From the NCBI GenBank assembly GCA_963809375.1, contig CAWEJO010000004.1, positions 350,850 through 414,849 of the forward strand: 64,000 nucleotides of DNA, in the 5' to 3' direction. Source of the DNA: an uncultured Chloroflexia bacterium. GTDB taxonomy: Bacteria > Chloroflexota > Limnocylindria > Limnocylindrales > CSP1-4. Below the pieces are notes generated by a model that worked only from the letters and a program-made list of their open reading frames with translations, had not been told where the DNA came from and did no database searches. The translations under genes were made by a program, and so were the position numbers. Positions 19,431 through 30,600 of this stretch are shown piece after piece (position 1 is the stretch's first letter; every line of letters begins with the position of its first letter).

Positions 19431-21834
19431 TCAGCGCAGCGTGACCTCGACCCGCACCGACCGCGTCCCCGACGCCGGCAGCGGCACGACGTCGCCCGCG
19501 ACGGGGCGCCCGTCGACGACGAGCGACGGCACGTTGCCCGGGCCCTCGCGGCGCACGACGATCTCGTAGGCGGTGCCCCGGAACTCGCGGTGGGCCGTGT
19601 AGCCCGGCCACGCCGCCGGCAGCACCGGCGCGATCCGCAGGCCCTCGAACGTGCGGGCGGATGCCCAGGATCCACTGCGTCGCGGCCACGAACGTCCAGG
19701 CCGCGGTGCCGGTCAGCCAGGCGTTGCGGGCCATCCCGAACGACGGGTGCGCCGGACCGCAGATGTTCTGCGGGTAGGTGTACGGCTCGACCATGTAGCG
19801 GTCCGAGTCGGTCCGGGCGAGCGGCAGGATCTGGCGGTAGTAGCGGTACGCCGCGTCGCCGTCGCCCAGCATCGCCGCCGCGACGATCGACCAGGTGTTG
19901 GCGTGGCAGAAGATGCCGCCGTTCTCCTTGGCGCCCGGCAGGTAGGTCGAGGTGCCCCGCACCCGATCGTCGCCACCGTCGTAGGGCGGCCAGAGCAGCG
20001 CGATGCCGAATCGCGTGTTCAGCTTCTCGTCAGCGGACTGCATCGCCAGCCGGGCGCGCTCGGCGGAGCGACCTCGCCGATCACGCACCAGCTCTGGGGG
20101 ATGAGGTCGATCGGCGTGGTGCGCCGCGCCGGCGACCCCGATCGGGAGCCCCTCGTCGTCGAACGCGCGCGCGTACCAGGCGCCGTCCCAGGCGTGCTCG
20201 TTGATGACCGCCGCCATCCCGTCGTGCAGGCCCGCGAAGCGCGCGGCGTCGACGGACCGGCCGGTCGCCTCGCACAGCTCGACCAGGTCGAGCATCGCCC
20301 GGCAGAACTGCATCCCGGTCCAGACGCTCTCGGCCCTGCCCGAGCCGTGGTCGATGTTGAGGGTGTCGTTCCAGTCGGAGAAGCCGGCTCGCGGCAGGCC
20401 GTGCGGGCCGCGGTGGTCGAGGGTGAACTCGACCGCCCGCAGCATGTGGCCCCAGACGCTCTCGGCGGCCCGGTCGACGTAGGGGACCTCCTGGTCGAGG
20501 TAGCCGAAGTCGCCGGTCTCGCGCAGGTAGGCGCACACCGCGATGACGAGCCACAGGTGGTCGTCGGAGAACCACTGCGGCCAGTCGGGGAACTCGGCGG
20601 CGAGGCCGGGGCCGCCCTCGAGGGTCAGCGGGTAGAACTGGTGCCAGGTGTGGCCGTCGGCGAACTGCATCCGCCAGATCGTGGTCAGCGTCCGGCGGGC
20701 GTGATCGGGGACCGTGTGCATCGTGCCGAGCGTGTCCTGGCCGCTGTCGCGGGTGCCCATGCCCCGCCCGAGCCCGCTCTCGTAGCCCGAGACGAAGCGC
20801 GACCAGTAGAGCGTGGTCCGGCACTGGACCTGGTTCCAGACGTTGAGCATCGCGTTCGTGTCGGCGTCCGGCGTGTTGACGGTGAAGCGGGCGAGGTAGG
20901 CGTCCCAGTCCTCGTGCACGGCCTGCAGCGCCGCCGCCGCGGCGCCCGGCCGCGAGAAGCGGGCCACGACACCGTCGATCGCCGCGGGAGCGTCGGTGGC
21001 TCCCATGACGAACACGATCTCGCGCTCCTCCCCCGGCGCCAGCGCGATGTCGTGGGACAGCGAGCCGACGCTGTTGCCGCGGGGCGAGGGGGCGTTGGAC
21101 GGCACTCCCGTCTCGACGACGATCGGGTCGCGAGGTCGCGGCAGCGACCGACGAAGGCCTCGCGGTCGCACGTGTAGCCGGCGGGCGGCTCGCTGGCGGC
21201 GAAGAAGAACGTCAGCGGCCGGAACTTCGTCGCGACCCGGATGACCCCGTCGAGGCACGAGCTGAACACGATGTGCTGCGCCCAGTCGAGGTTGGCGATG
21301 TCGTTGAACGCGTCGGAGAAGCCGAACTCCGCGTAGGTGAATCGAGCGCAGCCGGCGCGGCGCGGTCGCCCGAGGTTGCGGACCCGGAGGACCCACAGCT
21401 CGCAGGGAGCCGGGTCGTCCGGCGGGCCGGGCGGGACGAAGTAGAGGATCTCGGCCGCGATGCCCTTGTACGTGCCCGAGATCCGCGTGTAGGCGGTGCC
21501 GTGCCGGCACTCGTAGGCGTCGAGGTCGCGCCGGACCGGCTGCCAGGTCGGGCTCCAGTACTCGCCGGTGTCCTGGTCGCGCAGGTAGACGTAGCGGCCG
21601 GGCTGGTCCGCCGGGATCGGCGTTGTAGCGGTAGCGGGTGACGCGCCGGTTGCGCGGGTCGCGATCGAACGAGTAGCCGCCGCCGGTGTTGGAGACGATG
21701 CCGCCGTAGCGGCCCTCGCCGATGTAGTTGAGCCACGGCGTCGGCGTGTCCGGGCGGGTGATGACGTACTCGCGGGCGTCTTCGTCGAAGTAGCCGTACG
21801 GGTTGGCGCCGGGGTGAGCGGCCGTCTCGTTCAC
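19431..21834 (-). CDS. GH94 glycoside phosphorylase (cellobiose/cellodextrin-phosphorylase-like), copy 1; reading frame broken several times
   Basis: The GTG start gives [71 protein letters not shown], the canonical GH94 N-terminus. Internal GH94 blocks are present (GRGMGTRDSGQDTLG, YLPGAKENGGIFCHANTW). The C-terminus ...VVDGRPVAGDVVPLPASGTRSVRVEVTLR ends at 19431. The length is not a multiple of 3, and the pieces lie in three frames. Confidence 0.7.
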
Positions 21835-24302
21835 GCTCCGAACAGGGCCTCGACCTCGATCGACTGGCCGGGACGGGTGGGCAGCGGGACGACGGCGCCC
21901 TCGACGACGGGCCGTCCACGACGAGGCGGGCGACGCGGCCCGGCTCGCCGCTCGGCTTGCGGACCGTGATCCGGTACGTGGCGCCGCGGAACCGGCGCGT
22001 GACCGCGAAGCTCACCCCACGCGTCGGGCACGCACCGGATCGATGCGCAGGCCGTCGTACTCGGCGCGGATGCCCAGGATCCACTGGGTGATCGCGACGA
22101 AGTTCCAGGCGGCCGTGCCGGTCAGCCACGAGTTCTTGGCCTCGCCGTGGGTCGGCGCATCCCGCCCGGCGATCATCTGCGCGTAGACGTACGGCTCGCA
22201 GCGGTGGATCTCGCTGATCTCCTCGCGCGCCGACGGGTTGATGCGCAGGTAGTAGTCGAAGGCGCCCGTCGCCGCGCCCGACCATCGCCTCGGCGATCAT
22301 GATCCACGGGTTGGTGTGGCAGAAGATGCCCGCGTTCTCCTTGTAGCCCGGGCGGATAGGACGAGATCTCGCCCAGGTCGAGGTAGTAGTGCGTGAAGGC
22401 CGGCTGCTGCAGGACGATGCCGTGCGGCGTCGCCAGGCGCTCGCGCGACCGACGTCGAGCGCCTGTCGCGGCCCGGCCGTCGTCCAGGCCGATGCCGGCC
22501 ATGACGCAGATGCCCTGCGGCTCGATGAAGATCTGGCCTTCGTCGCTCTCGCGCGAGCCGATCGGCGTTGCCGAAGTAGTCGTAGGCGCGCCGGAACCAC
22601 GCGCCGTCCCAGCCGTGCTCTCGACGACCGTCGTCCATCGCGCCGGCCGCCGCGGTAACGGGCCGCCTCGTCGCAGCGTCGCCGCGCATGGCCGGCGATC
22701 GCCGCCATCTCGCCCGCCGCCAGCACGAACAGCCCGGCGATGAAGACCGACTCGGCCGACCCGCCCTCCTTGTTCGCGGTCGTCTGGAAGGACTCGCCGG
22801 GCGTGTCGAGAAGCAGTTCAGGTTCAGGCAGTCGTTCCAGTCGGCGCGGCCGATCAGCGGCAGGCCGTGCGGCCCGAGCCGGTCGAGCGTGTAGCGCGAG
22901 CAGCGCTGCAGGTGCTCGTAGAGCGGCGTCTCGGAGCCCGGGCCGTTGTCGTACGGGACCGGCTCGTCGAGGATCGCGAGTCGCCGGTCTCCTTGAGGTA
23001 GGCCGCCACGCCGAGGACCAGCCAGAGCGGATCGTCGTTGAAGTCGCTGCCGACCGCGTCGTTGCCGCGCTTGGTCAGCGGCTGGTACTGGTGGTAGGCG
23101 CCGCCCGTCGGCAGCTGCGTCGCGGCGATGTCGAGGATGCGCTCGCGGGCCCGCTCGGGCACCATGTGGACGAAGCCGAGCAGGTCCTGGTTCGAGTCGC
23201 GGAAGCCCATGCCGCGGCCGATGCCCGACTCGAAGAGCGACGCCGAGCGCGACATGTTGAAGGTGACCATGCACTGGTAGGCGTTCCAGATGTTGACCAT
23301 GCGGTTGGTGTGCGTCGTCGGGCGTCGTCCGACCTGAAGGTGCCCGAGCAGGCCGGATCCAGTAGTCGCGCAGGCGCGTCGAACGCCCGCTCGACTGTCG
23401 CGGGGTCGCAGGTAGCGGGCGATGACCGGCTTGACGCGCCGTCTTGTTGATCGTCTGCGAGCCGGGCGGGTCGAACTTGTCGTCGACCGGGTTCTCCGCA
23501 GTAGCCGAGCAGGAAGATGACCTCGCGGGTCTCGCCGGGCGCGAGCGTCAGCTCGCACGTGGTGCGAGCCGATCGGCGCCCAGCCGTGCGCGATCGAGTC
23601 GCGCGACTGCGCCGCGCTCGACCGCGGCCGGGCGGTCCCAGCCGCGGTAGGGGCCCAGGAAGGCGTCGCGCTGCGTGTCGAAGCCGGCGAGCGGCTCGGA
23701 GCAGGCGAAGTAGGCGAAGTGGTCGCGCCGCTCGCGGTACTCGGTCTTGTGGTAGATGACGCCGTCCTCGACCTCGACCTGGCCGGTGGTGAAGTTGCGC
23801 TGGAAGTTGGTCGCGTCGTCCTAGGCGTCCCACAGGCAGAACTCGACCGAGCGAGAAGAGCGAAAGCTCGCCGCGGCTCGTCGCGCTCGTTCGTCACGCG
23901 GACGCGCCAGACCTCCAGGTTCTCGCCGAGCGGGACGAAGTAGAGCGTCTCGGCGCGATGCCCCGGTAGGTCGAGCGCGATGATCGTGTAGCCCAGGCCG
24001 TGCCGGCAGGCGTAGTCGTCGAGCTCGCGCTGGGTCGGCTGCCAGGCGGGCGACCAGAACTCGCCGGTCGCGTCGTCGCGCAGGTAGATGTAGCGGCCGC
24101 CGACATCGAGCGGCGCGTTGTTGTAGCGGTAGCGCGTCAGCCGGCGCAGGCGCGCGTCGCGGTAGAACGAGTAGCCGCCGGCCGTGTTGGAGATGAGGCC
24201 GAAGTAGGCCTCGCTGCCCAGGTAGTTGATCCACGGCAGCGGCGTGTCCGGCCGGGTGATGACGTATTCGCGCTCAGCATCGTCGAAGTGACCGTAGCGC
24301 AC
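21831..24302 (-). CDS. GH94 glycoside phosphorylase (cellobiose-phosphorylase-like), copy 2; reading frame broken several times
   Basis: The GTG start with AGAGG 6 nt upstream gives [76 protein letters not shown]. Later blocks are scattered over four track ORFs (22854..24470, 22297..23274, 21212..22726, 21831..22031). The stop overlaps the copy-1 start (GTGA). Confidence 0.7.
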
Positions 24303-24455
24303 GACCCGCCTCTGTTCTTGTCGACCTTCCCAACCATCGGGCGTCGCCCGAGCCCGCCACCATCCCGGGGCGCGACCGGCCCCGCGTCGGCTTGGCCCCG
24401 AGCGCTGCGGCGCGATCGCAGGGGTGGCGCGGTCCGATCCCAATTCCCGCTCGGC

Positions 24456-24469
24456 TGAGAGCGCTTCCA
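24456..24469. promoter_or_regulatory. 14-bp imperfect palindrome TGAGAGCGCTTCCA (LacI/CebR/cre-like operator candidate), copy 1
   Basis: Half-sites TGAGAGC / GCTTCCA around a central CG. It lies in the divergent intergenic region between GH94 copy 2 (minus) and the lipoprotein gene (plus). It resembles the CebR box TGGGAGCGCTCCCA and cre TGWAANCGNTNWCA. Confidence 0.4.
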
Positions 24470-24552
24470 CAATGGACGGGCCCAGCCGGGTGGCGGCGCT
24501 CCCATGAGCGCTCGTGTGCAGCGTACCACCTCCGCTCGCGCAACGGAAGGAC

Positions 24553-24566
24553 TGAGAGCGCTTCCA
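24553..24566. promoter_or_regulatory. identical second copy of TGAGAGCGCTTCCA, 97 bp from copy 1
   Basis: The 15-nt CTGAGAGCGCTTCCA is identical at both sites. Exact duplication in a noncoding region is unlikely by chance. Confidence 0.4.
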
Positions 24567-24623
24567 AAGCGTTGGCCAGCGGACTCCTCTGCCGCGGTGT
24601 GCCGCGGCAAGCCGGAGGCGGCG

Positions 24624-25136
24624 GTGATAGCCTCGGGCCCGATGATCCCACGTGGCACCTTCAGGTTCGGCGCGCTGCTGGCGGCGCTGATGCTCACAAC
24701 GGCCGCCTGCAACGCCTTGACGCCCCAGACGCCACCGGCGACCCCGACGGACTTCGCCGGGATCGTGGCCGAGCTGGCGAGCGGCGGGATCGGCGTCGAG
24801 AACGTCACCTCAGGCGACGCCGGGTGCGACGACCAGCGCCTCGCCAGGACGGCGATCAGCTTCGACGCGGAAGGCATCGACCAGCCCTCGCTGGTGCGGG
24901 TCTACCTGTACGCGTTCAAGACCGCGGCGGTCTATGACGAGCTGCGGGCGAGCGTCGACGCCTGCGCCCGCACCTATGCGACCGACCCGGCGACCTTCTC
25001 GTCCGTGGAATCGCCGCCGTACGTGCTCGCGGGCGCCGGGCCGTGGCACGCCGGCTTCAAGGACGCCCTCCGCAAGGCCCTCGACCGGGCCGCCGTGGGG
25101 CGGCTGACTTACACCCTCCGGGCCAGCCGGTGCTAG
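24624..25136 (+). CDS. hypothetical secreted lipoprotein
   Basis: GGAGG lies 5 nt before the GTG at 24624. The signal peptide carries a lipobox (RGTFRFGALLAALMLTTAACNA). The ORF ends at 25136, 10 nt before the regulator gene. Confidence 0.45.
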   Translation: MIASGPMIPRGTFRFGALLAALMLTTAACNALTPQTPPATPTDFAGIVAELASGGIGVENVTSGDAGCDDQRLARTAISFDAEGIDQPSLVRVYLYAFKTAAVYDELRASVDACARTYATDPATFSSVESPPYVLAGAGPWHAGFKDALRKALDRAAVGRLTYTLRASRC

Positions 25137-25146
25137 CCTTCCGCCC

Positions 25147-25839
25147 ATGACCGAGCCGGCGTCCCCGGGCGCGACTCCAGCGACCATGCCCGCGAGCCCC
25201 GATCCCCACGATCGGGCGATCCTCGTCGTCCTGCGCGAGCTCGGCGCGACCTCGCCCGAGACGCTGGCCTCACGGCTCGGCGCCAGCCCGGCCCGGGTCC
25301 GCCAGCGGCTCCGGATGCTCAAGGGCGCGGGCTTCGTGGTGCGCCACTCGATCCGCCACGGCGTCGGGCGCCCGCGCCACCTCTACGACGTGACCCCGGC
25401 CGCCCAGCCGGCCCTTCCCGCCAACTACGACGGCCTGGCGGAGACGCTGCTCCGGTCGATCCGGTCGGTCGGGGGCGACGCGCTCGTGGATGAGGTCTTC
25501 CAGGCCAGGCGGAGGATCCTCTCGGACAGGATCAGGGCGCGCTTCGAGCAGCGGCTGGGTGCCGGCGCCACGCTCGCCGACAAGGTCCGCGAGCTCGCCA
25601 TGCTCCAGGACGAGAACGGCTACCTGTGCCGGGCGGCCGCGCTGGACGGGCCCGCCGGGCCGCTCGAACTGCGCCAATCGAACTGCGCGATCATCTCGGC
25701 CGCGTCGGGCCACCCGGCCGCCTGCCGCGCCGAGCTGCAGCTCATGGAAGAGGTCCTCGACGCCAAGGTCAGCCGCGTGGCGCACATCGCCTCCGGCGAC
25801 CGCGCCTGCACGTACCGGATCGAGCCTCGCGAGGACTGA
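25147..25839 (+). CDS. HTH transcriptional regulator, COG2345/SufR-like, with Cys-rich C-terminal domain
   Basis: Intact 230-aa ORF. The N-terminal winged HTH is (ILVVLRELGATSPETLASRLGASPARVRQRLRMLKGAGFV...GVGRPRHLY). The C-terminal domain carries four Cys (LCRAA...NCAIISAASGHPAACRAE...DRACTYRI), as in SufR-type Fe-S-sensing regulators. Confidence 0.5.
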   Translation: MTEPASPGATPATMPASPDPHDRAILVVLRELGATSPETLASRLGASPARVRQRLRMLKGAGFVVRHSIRHGVGRPRHLYDVTPAAQPALPANYDGLAETLLRSIRSVGGDALVDEVFQARRRILSDRIRARFEQRLGAGATLADKVRELAMLQDENGYLCRAAALDGPAGPLELRQSNCAIISAASGHPAACRAELQLMEEVLDAKVSRVAHIASGDRACTYRIEPRED

Positions 25840-25903
25840 CTGGGGTCAGACGCAACCGGGCTGCGGCACGCTGCCGGTCACCGAACGGCCAGGCCCGAAG
25901 GAC

Positions 25904-26966
25904 GACCCCGCCGTCAGGCCTCTTCACGCTCGACGACCTCGCGCGGCGCCGGCTCGACCCGCGGGAGCGCGATCTCGCTGACCCTGGGCACGAACGATGC
26001 CTGCGCCGGTCCGGGCCACCTCGTGCTGCTCGTCCAGCGTCAGGATCCCCAGCCGGCCGAGCGTCGCGAGCTCGTCGCGCATGTAGGTCTTGAGCATCTC
26101 CGGGCCGTCCGTGTTGATGGTGAAGCGGACGCCGTTGCGCCGGAACGTGTCGAAGATCCAGCGGAACTCGTCCCAGCCGGACACGACGCGGGTGTTGAGG
26201 TTCGACGTCGGGCAGACTTCGAGGGTGATGCCGCGCTCGCGGATCATGGCCATGGTGCGCGGGTCGTAGGCGGCCTTGACGCCGTGGCCGATGCGGTCGG
26301 CTCGAGCTGCTCGATGACCTCGGCGATCTCCTCCACCGGGCCCGACTCACCGGTGTGGACGGTGATGCCGAGGTCGTGCCGGCGGACCCGCTCGAAGAGC
26401 CTTCGGTAGTCGCGGACGGAAGTCGGCCGACTCGGGCCCGGCGATGTCGATGCCGACCACGCCGCGGTCGCGCCAGGCGATGGCCTTCTCGGCGATGATC
26501 TCGTTCAGCTCGTACGGGAAGGCGCGGTCGAGGCAGAGGATCAGGCCGGGCGTGACCGGAGTACTCGAGGATGGCCCGATCCATGCCGCGGATGGCGGCG
26601 CTGATGATGTGGTCCAGGTCCTGCTCGCCGCCGCGGTTGCGCTTCATCGGGTTGAAGCGCAGCTCGATCGTGGTGACGTTGTTCTTGCGGTACGCGCCGC
26701 CGATGACCTCGTACACGGAGCGCTCCACGGCCAGCGGGCTCGACTGGATCAGCTCGGTCCAGTGGAACAGCTCGAGGTAGCCGTCGAACGAGCGGCCGCG
26801 GCGCGCCGAGACGGTGATGAGGTCGCGGAACGCCCAGTAGTCCTTGGTCGGCAGGCGGATGCCCTGCGCGTGGGCGATGCCCCACATGATCGCCGGCGTG
26901 ACGGCGCCGCCCAGATGGCAGTGCAGCTCGGTCAGCGGGACCGTGCGCGGCAGGAGGCGACTCATG
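25904..26966 (-). CDS. adenosine/adenine deaminase-family amidohydrolase; frame broken 2-3 times
   Basis: The start MSRLLPRTVPLTELHCHLGGAV carries the metal-binding HxH motif. Later blocks lie in other frames: GITVHTGESGP, ITLEVCPTSNL and FTINTDGPEM (typical ADA C-terminal motifs). The length is not a multiple of 3. Confidence 0.55.
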
Positions 26967-27115
26967 GCCCGAGGATACCCGTTCGCCCACGGACCGGAAT
27001 CGGGAACGCTCGGGTCGTTTTCGCGTTGACGCTTCGCGCGGGCCCAACCGGCGTAGTACGCTGCGGCCCCATCAAGGGTGACGCCCAGGGGACGGGCGTC
27101 CTGAGGAGGAGATCC

Positions 27116-28090
27116 ATGCCATATCCGCGCTCGCGCGTGCTGGCCATTGCCGGCGCTGCGCTGTTCGTCTTCGGCGCCTGTTCGAGCGCCGCAACTCCTG
27201 CACCGACGCCCGCGCCGGCTACCCCTGCACCGACCGCAGCGCCGACCCCGGCGCCGACACCTGCGGCGACCGAGGCCGCCACCCCTGCGGCGACGCCGGC
27301 CGCCACTCCGGCCGCCACCCCGGCCCCGACGCCGGCGGCCCTGCCCGTCCCGGATCGGATCAAGACCGCGGGCAAGCTCATCTTCTGCTCCGACATCAGC
27401 TACGCGCCCGAGGAGTTCTACGCCAAGGACGGCACCACAGCCCAGGGCAGCGACATCGACATCGCGACTGACATCGCCAAGCGCTGGGGCGTCCCGGTCG
27501 AGATCGACAACACCTCGTTCGACGCGATCATCCTCGCGCTCAACGCGAAGAAGTGCGACCTGATCATCTCCGGCATGAACGACACGGCTGAACGGCAGAA
27601 GCAGGTCGACTTCGTCGACTACCTGAAGGTCGGCCAGGGCCTCCTCGTGCCGGTAGGCAACCCGAAGGGGATCCACACGCTCGACGACCTGTCCGGCAAG
27701 AGCGTGGCCGTGCAGCTCGGGACGACGAACCTCGAGGCGCTCAACGCCAAGAACGCCGAGCTCAAGGCGGCCGGCAAGCCGCAGATTGACATCCAGACCT
27801 TCAAGCAGGACACCCAGGCCTTCGCCCAGCTCGGCCTGAAACGGGTCGACGCATATTCGACCGACTCGCCGGTCGTGGCGTACTACAACACCCTCCCGGA
27901 GAACGCCGGCAAGTACGAGATCGGTGGCCAGCCGATCGACCCGGCCGTCATCGGCATCGCGATGCGCAAGGACGACACGGGCATGAAGGACGCCGTCCAG
28001 GCGACGATCGATGCCATGTACGCCGATGGCGGGCTCAAGGCGATCGTCGACAAGTGGGGCATGACCAACGCCGTTGTCTTCCTGAAGTAG
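27116..28090 (+). CDS. polar amino-acid ABC transporter substrate-binding lipoprotein (family 3 SBP) with Pro/Thr/Ala-rich linker
   Basis: GAGGAGGA RBS and lipoprotein signal LFVFGACSS. The (APTPA)n linker precedes the SBP_bac_3 core ([15 protein letters not shown]...[21 protein letters not shown]...). Confidence 0.8.
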   Translation: MPYPRSRVLAIAGAALFVFGACSSAATPAPTPAPATPAPTAAPTPAPTPAATEAATPAATPAATPAATPAPTPAALPVPDRIKTAGKLIFCSDISYAPEEFYAKDGTTAQGSDIDIATDIAKRWGVPVEIDNTSFDAIILALNAKKCDLIISGMNDTAERQKQVDFVDYLKVGQGLLVPVGNPKGIHTLDDLSGKSVAVQLGTTNLEALNAKNAELKAAGKPQIDIQTFKQDTQAFAQLGLKRVDAYSTDSPVVAYYNTLPENAGKYEIGGQPIDPAVIGIAMRKDDTGMKDAVQATIDAMYADGGLKAIVDKWGMTNAVVFLK

Positions 28091-28150
28091 GGCCAGGCCG
28101 GGGCGGCTGCCACCAGGCGGCCGCCCCGTTCAATTCCGGGAGGAGCGCGC

Positions 28151-28945
28151 ATGAAATTCGACACGAACGAATTCCTCGCGTTCACGTTCACGTGGCGGGA
28201 CGTCCTCGTCGGAGCGCTCATCACGACGATCACGATGGCGGTCCTCGCCCAGCTGATCGGCGTGCTCCTCGGGCTCATCGCAGCCCTTGCCGGGCGGTCG
28301 CGGAACCGGCCGGTCAAGACGATCTCCGGGATCTATGTCTGGGTCTTTCGCGGGACCCCGGTCCTCGTCCAGATCATGCTGCTCTACTACGGCCTCCCGT
28401 CACTCCTCGGGATCGATCCGTTCCCCAAGCAGTACGGCGATCTCCCGGCGCTCTTCGGAGGCGCCTTCGTCGCGGCGACGCTCGCGCTCGGGGTCAACGA
28501 GGGCGCCTACATGAGCGAGATCATCCGGGCCGGCATCCTGTCGGTCGACTCCGGCCAGGCCGAGGCAGCGAAGTCGCTCGGCATGACGCCGCGACTGACG
28601 ATGCAGCGAATCGTGCTGCCACAGGCCCTCCGGGTGATCATCCCGCCGCTCGGCAACGAATTCAACAACATGCTCAAGACGACGTCGCTTGCATCCGTCG
28701 TCACCGTGCGGGAGCTGCTGCTCCTCGCGGAGGAGCGCTACGGCGGGACCTTCCAGCCGTTCGAGCCTCTCTTCGGCATCTGCGTCTACTACCTCGCGCT
28801 CACCACGATCTGGGGTCTCATCCAGAGCCGGATCGAGAAGCGGCTCGGCGCCGGACAAGCCCGCAACGAGCCCGAACCCGGGTTCTGGTCGCGGATGATG
28901 GGCTTCGGTCGCCCCCGTGCGGGTCAGGAGGGAGGCTCCCGATGA
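28151..28945 (+). CDS. amino-acid ABC transporter permease (His/Gln/Glu/Arg family)
   Basis: Intact 264-aa ORF with the EAA-like loop ([46 protein letters not shown]) and 5-6 TM segments. Confidence 0.85.
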   Translation: MKFDTNEFLAFTFTWRDVLVGALITTITMAVLAQLIGVLLGLIAALAGRSRNRPVKTISGIYVWVFRGTPVLVQIMLLYYGLPSLLGIDPFPKQYGDLPALFGGAFVAATLALGVNEGAYMSEIIRAGILSVDSGQAEAAKSLGMTPRLTMQRIVLPQALRVIIPPLGNEFNNMLKTTSLASVVTVRELLLLAEERYGGTFQPFEPLFGICVYYLALTTIWGLIQSRIEKRLGAGQARNEPEPGFWSRMMGFGRPRAGQEGGSR

Positions 28946-29784
28946 CGGGCCCCGTCAGCGGGTCCAACGTCGTCGTCGGCCGCGACCTGCTCGAAGCGAT
29001 CGGCGGGGTACCGAGCACGGTGACCGACGTGGTGGTCGATGCCTCCGGCGTCAACAAGTGGTTCGGGAAGCTCCACGTCCTGCAGGACGTGACGCTGTCC
29101 GTGAAGCGCCAGGAGGTCGTGGTCATCCTCGGGCCGTCCGGGTCGGGCAAGACGACGTTCATCCGGTGCGTCAACCACCTCGAGAAGATCCAGGGCGGCC
29201 GGATCTTCGTCAACGGGCACCTGATCGGCTACCGGGAGGTCAACGGCAGGCTCGTCGAGGACAAGGAGGCGAACATCGCCCGGCAGCGTCAGGAGATCGG
29301 GATGGTCTTCCAGCGCTTCAACCTGTTCCCGCACAAGACGGCCCTCGAGAACATCATCGAGGCGCCCATCCAGGTGCGCGGCACGCCGCGGGACGAGGCG
29401 ATAGCCATGGGCCGGGCCCTGCTGGTCCGGGTCGGCCTGGCCGCGAAGGAGAAGTCGTATCCGTCGCAGCTCTCCGGCGGCCAGCAGCAGCGCGTCGCAA
29501 TCGCTCGCGCCCTGGCGATGAAGCCGGCGCTCATGCTGTTCGACGAGCCGACATCCGCGCTCGATCCGGAGATGATCGGCGAGGTCCTCGAGGTCATGAA
29601 GGAGCTCGCGCGAGAGGGCATGACGATGATCGTGGTCACCCACGAGATGGGCTTTGCGAAGGAGGTCGCAGACCGCGTCGTCATGATGGACGAGGGAGTC
29701 GTCGTCGAGGAGGGCACGCCGGAGCACTTCTTCACGAACCCGACCCACGACCGGACGAAGAGCTTCCTCTCGAAGATCCTCTGA
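28942..29784 (+). CDS. amino-acid ABC transporter ATP-binding protein
   Basis: ATGA overlap with the permease gene. Walker [11 protein letters not shown]-loop, signature [14 protein letters not shown] and Walker [13 protein letters not shown] are present (280 aa). Confidence 0.9.
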   Translation: MTGPVSGSNVVVGRDLLEAIGGVPSTVTDVVVDASGVNKWFGKLHVLQDVTLSVKRQEVVVILGPSGSGKTTFIRCVNHLEKIQGGRIFVNGHLIGYREVNGRLVEDKEANIARQRQEIGMVFQRFNLFPHKTALENIIEAPIQVRGTPRDEAIAMGRALLVRVGLAAKEKSYPSQLSGGQQQRVAIARALAMKPALMLFDEPTSALDPEMIGEVLEVMKELAREGMTMIVVTHEMGFAKEVADRVVMMDEGVVVEEGTPEHFFTNPTHDRTKSFLSKIL

Positions 29785-29885
29785 CGAGGCGGCGCGGACA
29801 GCATCCAGGACGGCCGCCAGACGTCACGTTCCTCCGCCTCGGATCGCTTCGGTGGCCGGCTCGGCACGAGTCGCGAGCGCGCCGG

Positions 29886-30330
29886 CTAGCCATTCCCTTC
29901 CTGGTCCTTCTGGCGCCAGCTGCCCATGCCGTAGACGCGGTCGACATCGACCCGGATCGTGAATCCGGGCGGCATCTGGCGCAGCGGGAACGGCTGGCCG
30001 GGTCCCAGGTAGGTCGTCGCGAGGTGGTCCATCACCGCGAGGGCGCCCCCCGGCGACACGCGGGCGCGGCCGCGGATCACGAGGTACGGGTGAAGCACCT
30101 CGCCGCCACTCTCCTTCGCCAGGAACGACAGCGTGATGCGCGGGTCGCGACGCAGGTTGTCGAGCTTGCGCTGGTCGGAGAACGAGGCCCACACGATCCC
30201 CTCGCCGCTCTCGTCGATGCCGGCCCAGGCCAGCGAGACGTGCGGAGTGCCGTCGGGATCGAGGGTGACGATGTGGGCGAACTGGCCCCCGGCGAGGAAG
30301 GTGCGGGCACCCTCAGGGATTGACGTGCAT
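29886..30330 (-). CDS. PPOX-class (pyridoxamine 5'-phosphate oxidase-like / F420-dependent family) small protein; 1-nt frame problem near the start
   Basis: The body translates as ...EGARTFLAGGQFAHIVTLDPDGTPHVSLAWAGIDESGEGIVWASFSDQRKLDNLRRDPRITLSFLAKESGGEVLHPYLVIRGRARV.... The only start candidate (ATG MHVNP at 30330) is one nucleotide out of frame with the body. Confidence 0.5.
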
Positions 30331-30510
30331 GCCTTCGATCCTATTCCGATGCGGGCGGGGCGCCCGATCGCGAGATTGCCGCCGGCCCATCTGCCGCGTT
30401 TGACGCCCCTGGATGACGGTCGGGCCGGACGCGCTGGTGACCCCGGCGAACCTCCTTTCGATCCTCGCGCTCGCGCCGTCCGGCCGAACGGATCGGCGCA
30501 GCCTGAGGGC

Positions 30511-30600
30511 GATCCTTCGCGACGGTGCGATCCTCCGCGACGATGCGATCCTCCGCGACGGTGCGATCCTTCGCGACGGTGCGATCCTCCGCTATGTGCA
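30511..30600. repeat. 18-bp tandem repeat GATCCTYCGCGACGRTGC x4 plus a degenerate fifth copy
   Basis: The repeat is directly visible. It lies in a ~640-bp stretch with no convincing gene between the PPOX and GMC genes, and in the plus frame would encode AILRDG AILRDD AILRDG AILRDG. Confidence 0.7.

Noticed and set aside
19066-19569. Plus-strand 167-aa ORF between the HEAT-protein and GH94 genes
   Set aside because: The composition is junk-like (RPRGGNGHADADPEPDLR). It is antisense to the N-terminus of the HEAT-repeat protein and spans the 75-bp intergenic region.
25620-26093. Plus-strand ORFs overlapping the ADA-like gene and regulator 3' end (25490..25981, 25626..26093)
   Set aside because: They are low-complexity Arg/Pro-rich translations antisense to the ADA-like gene, which carries the HxH, TSN and NTDGP motifs.
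27026-27059. A promoter candidate TTGACG-22 nt-TAGTAC upstream of the amino-acid ABC operon
   Set aside because: The spacer is longer than the usual 16-19 nt and high-GC promoters are poorly predictable from sequence. It is left as an unlisted low-confidence guess.
30511-30600. A second possible CRISPR-like array
   Set aside because: The 18-bp units are directly adjacent with no spacers. It is a simple tandem repeat.
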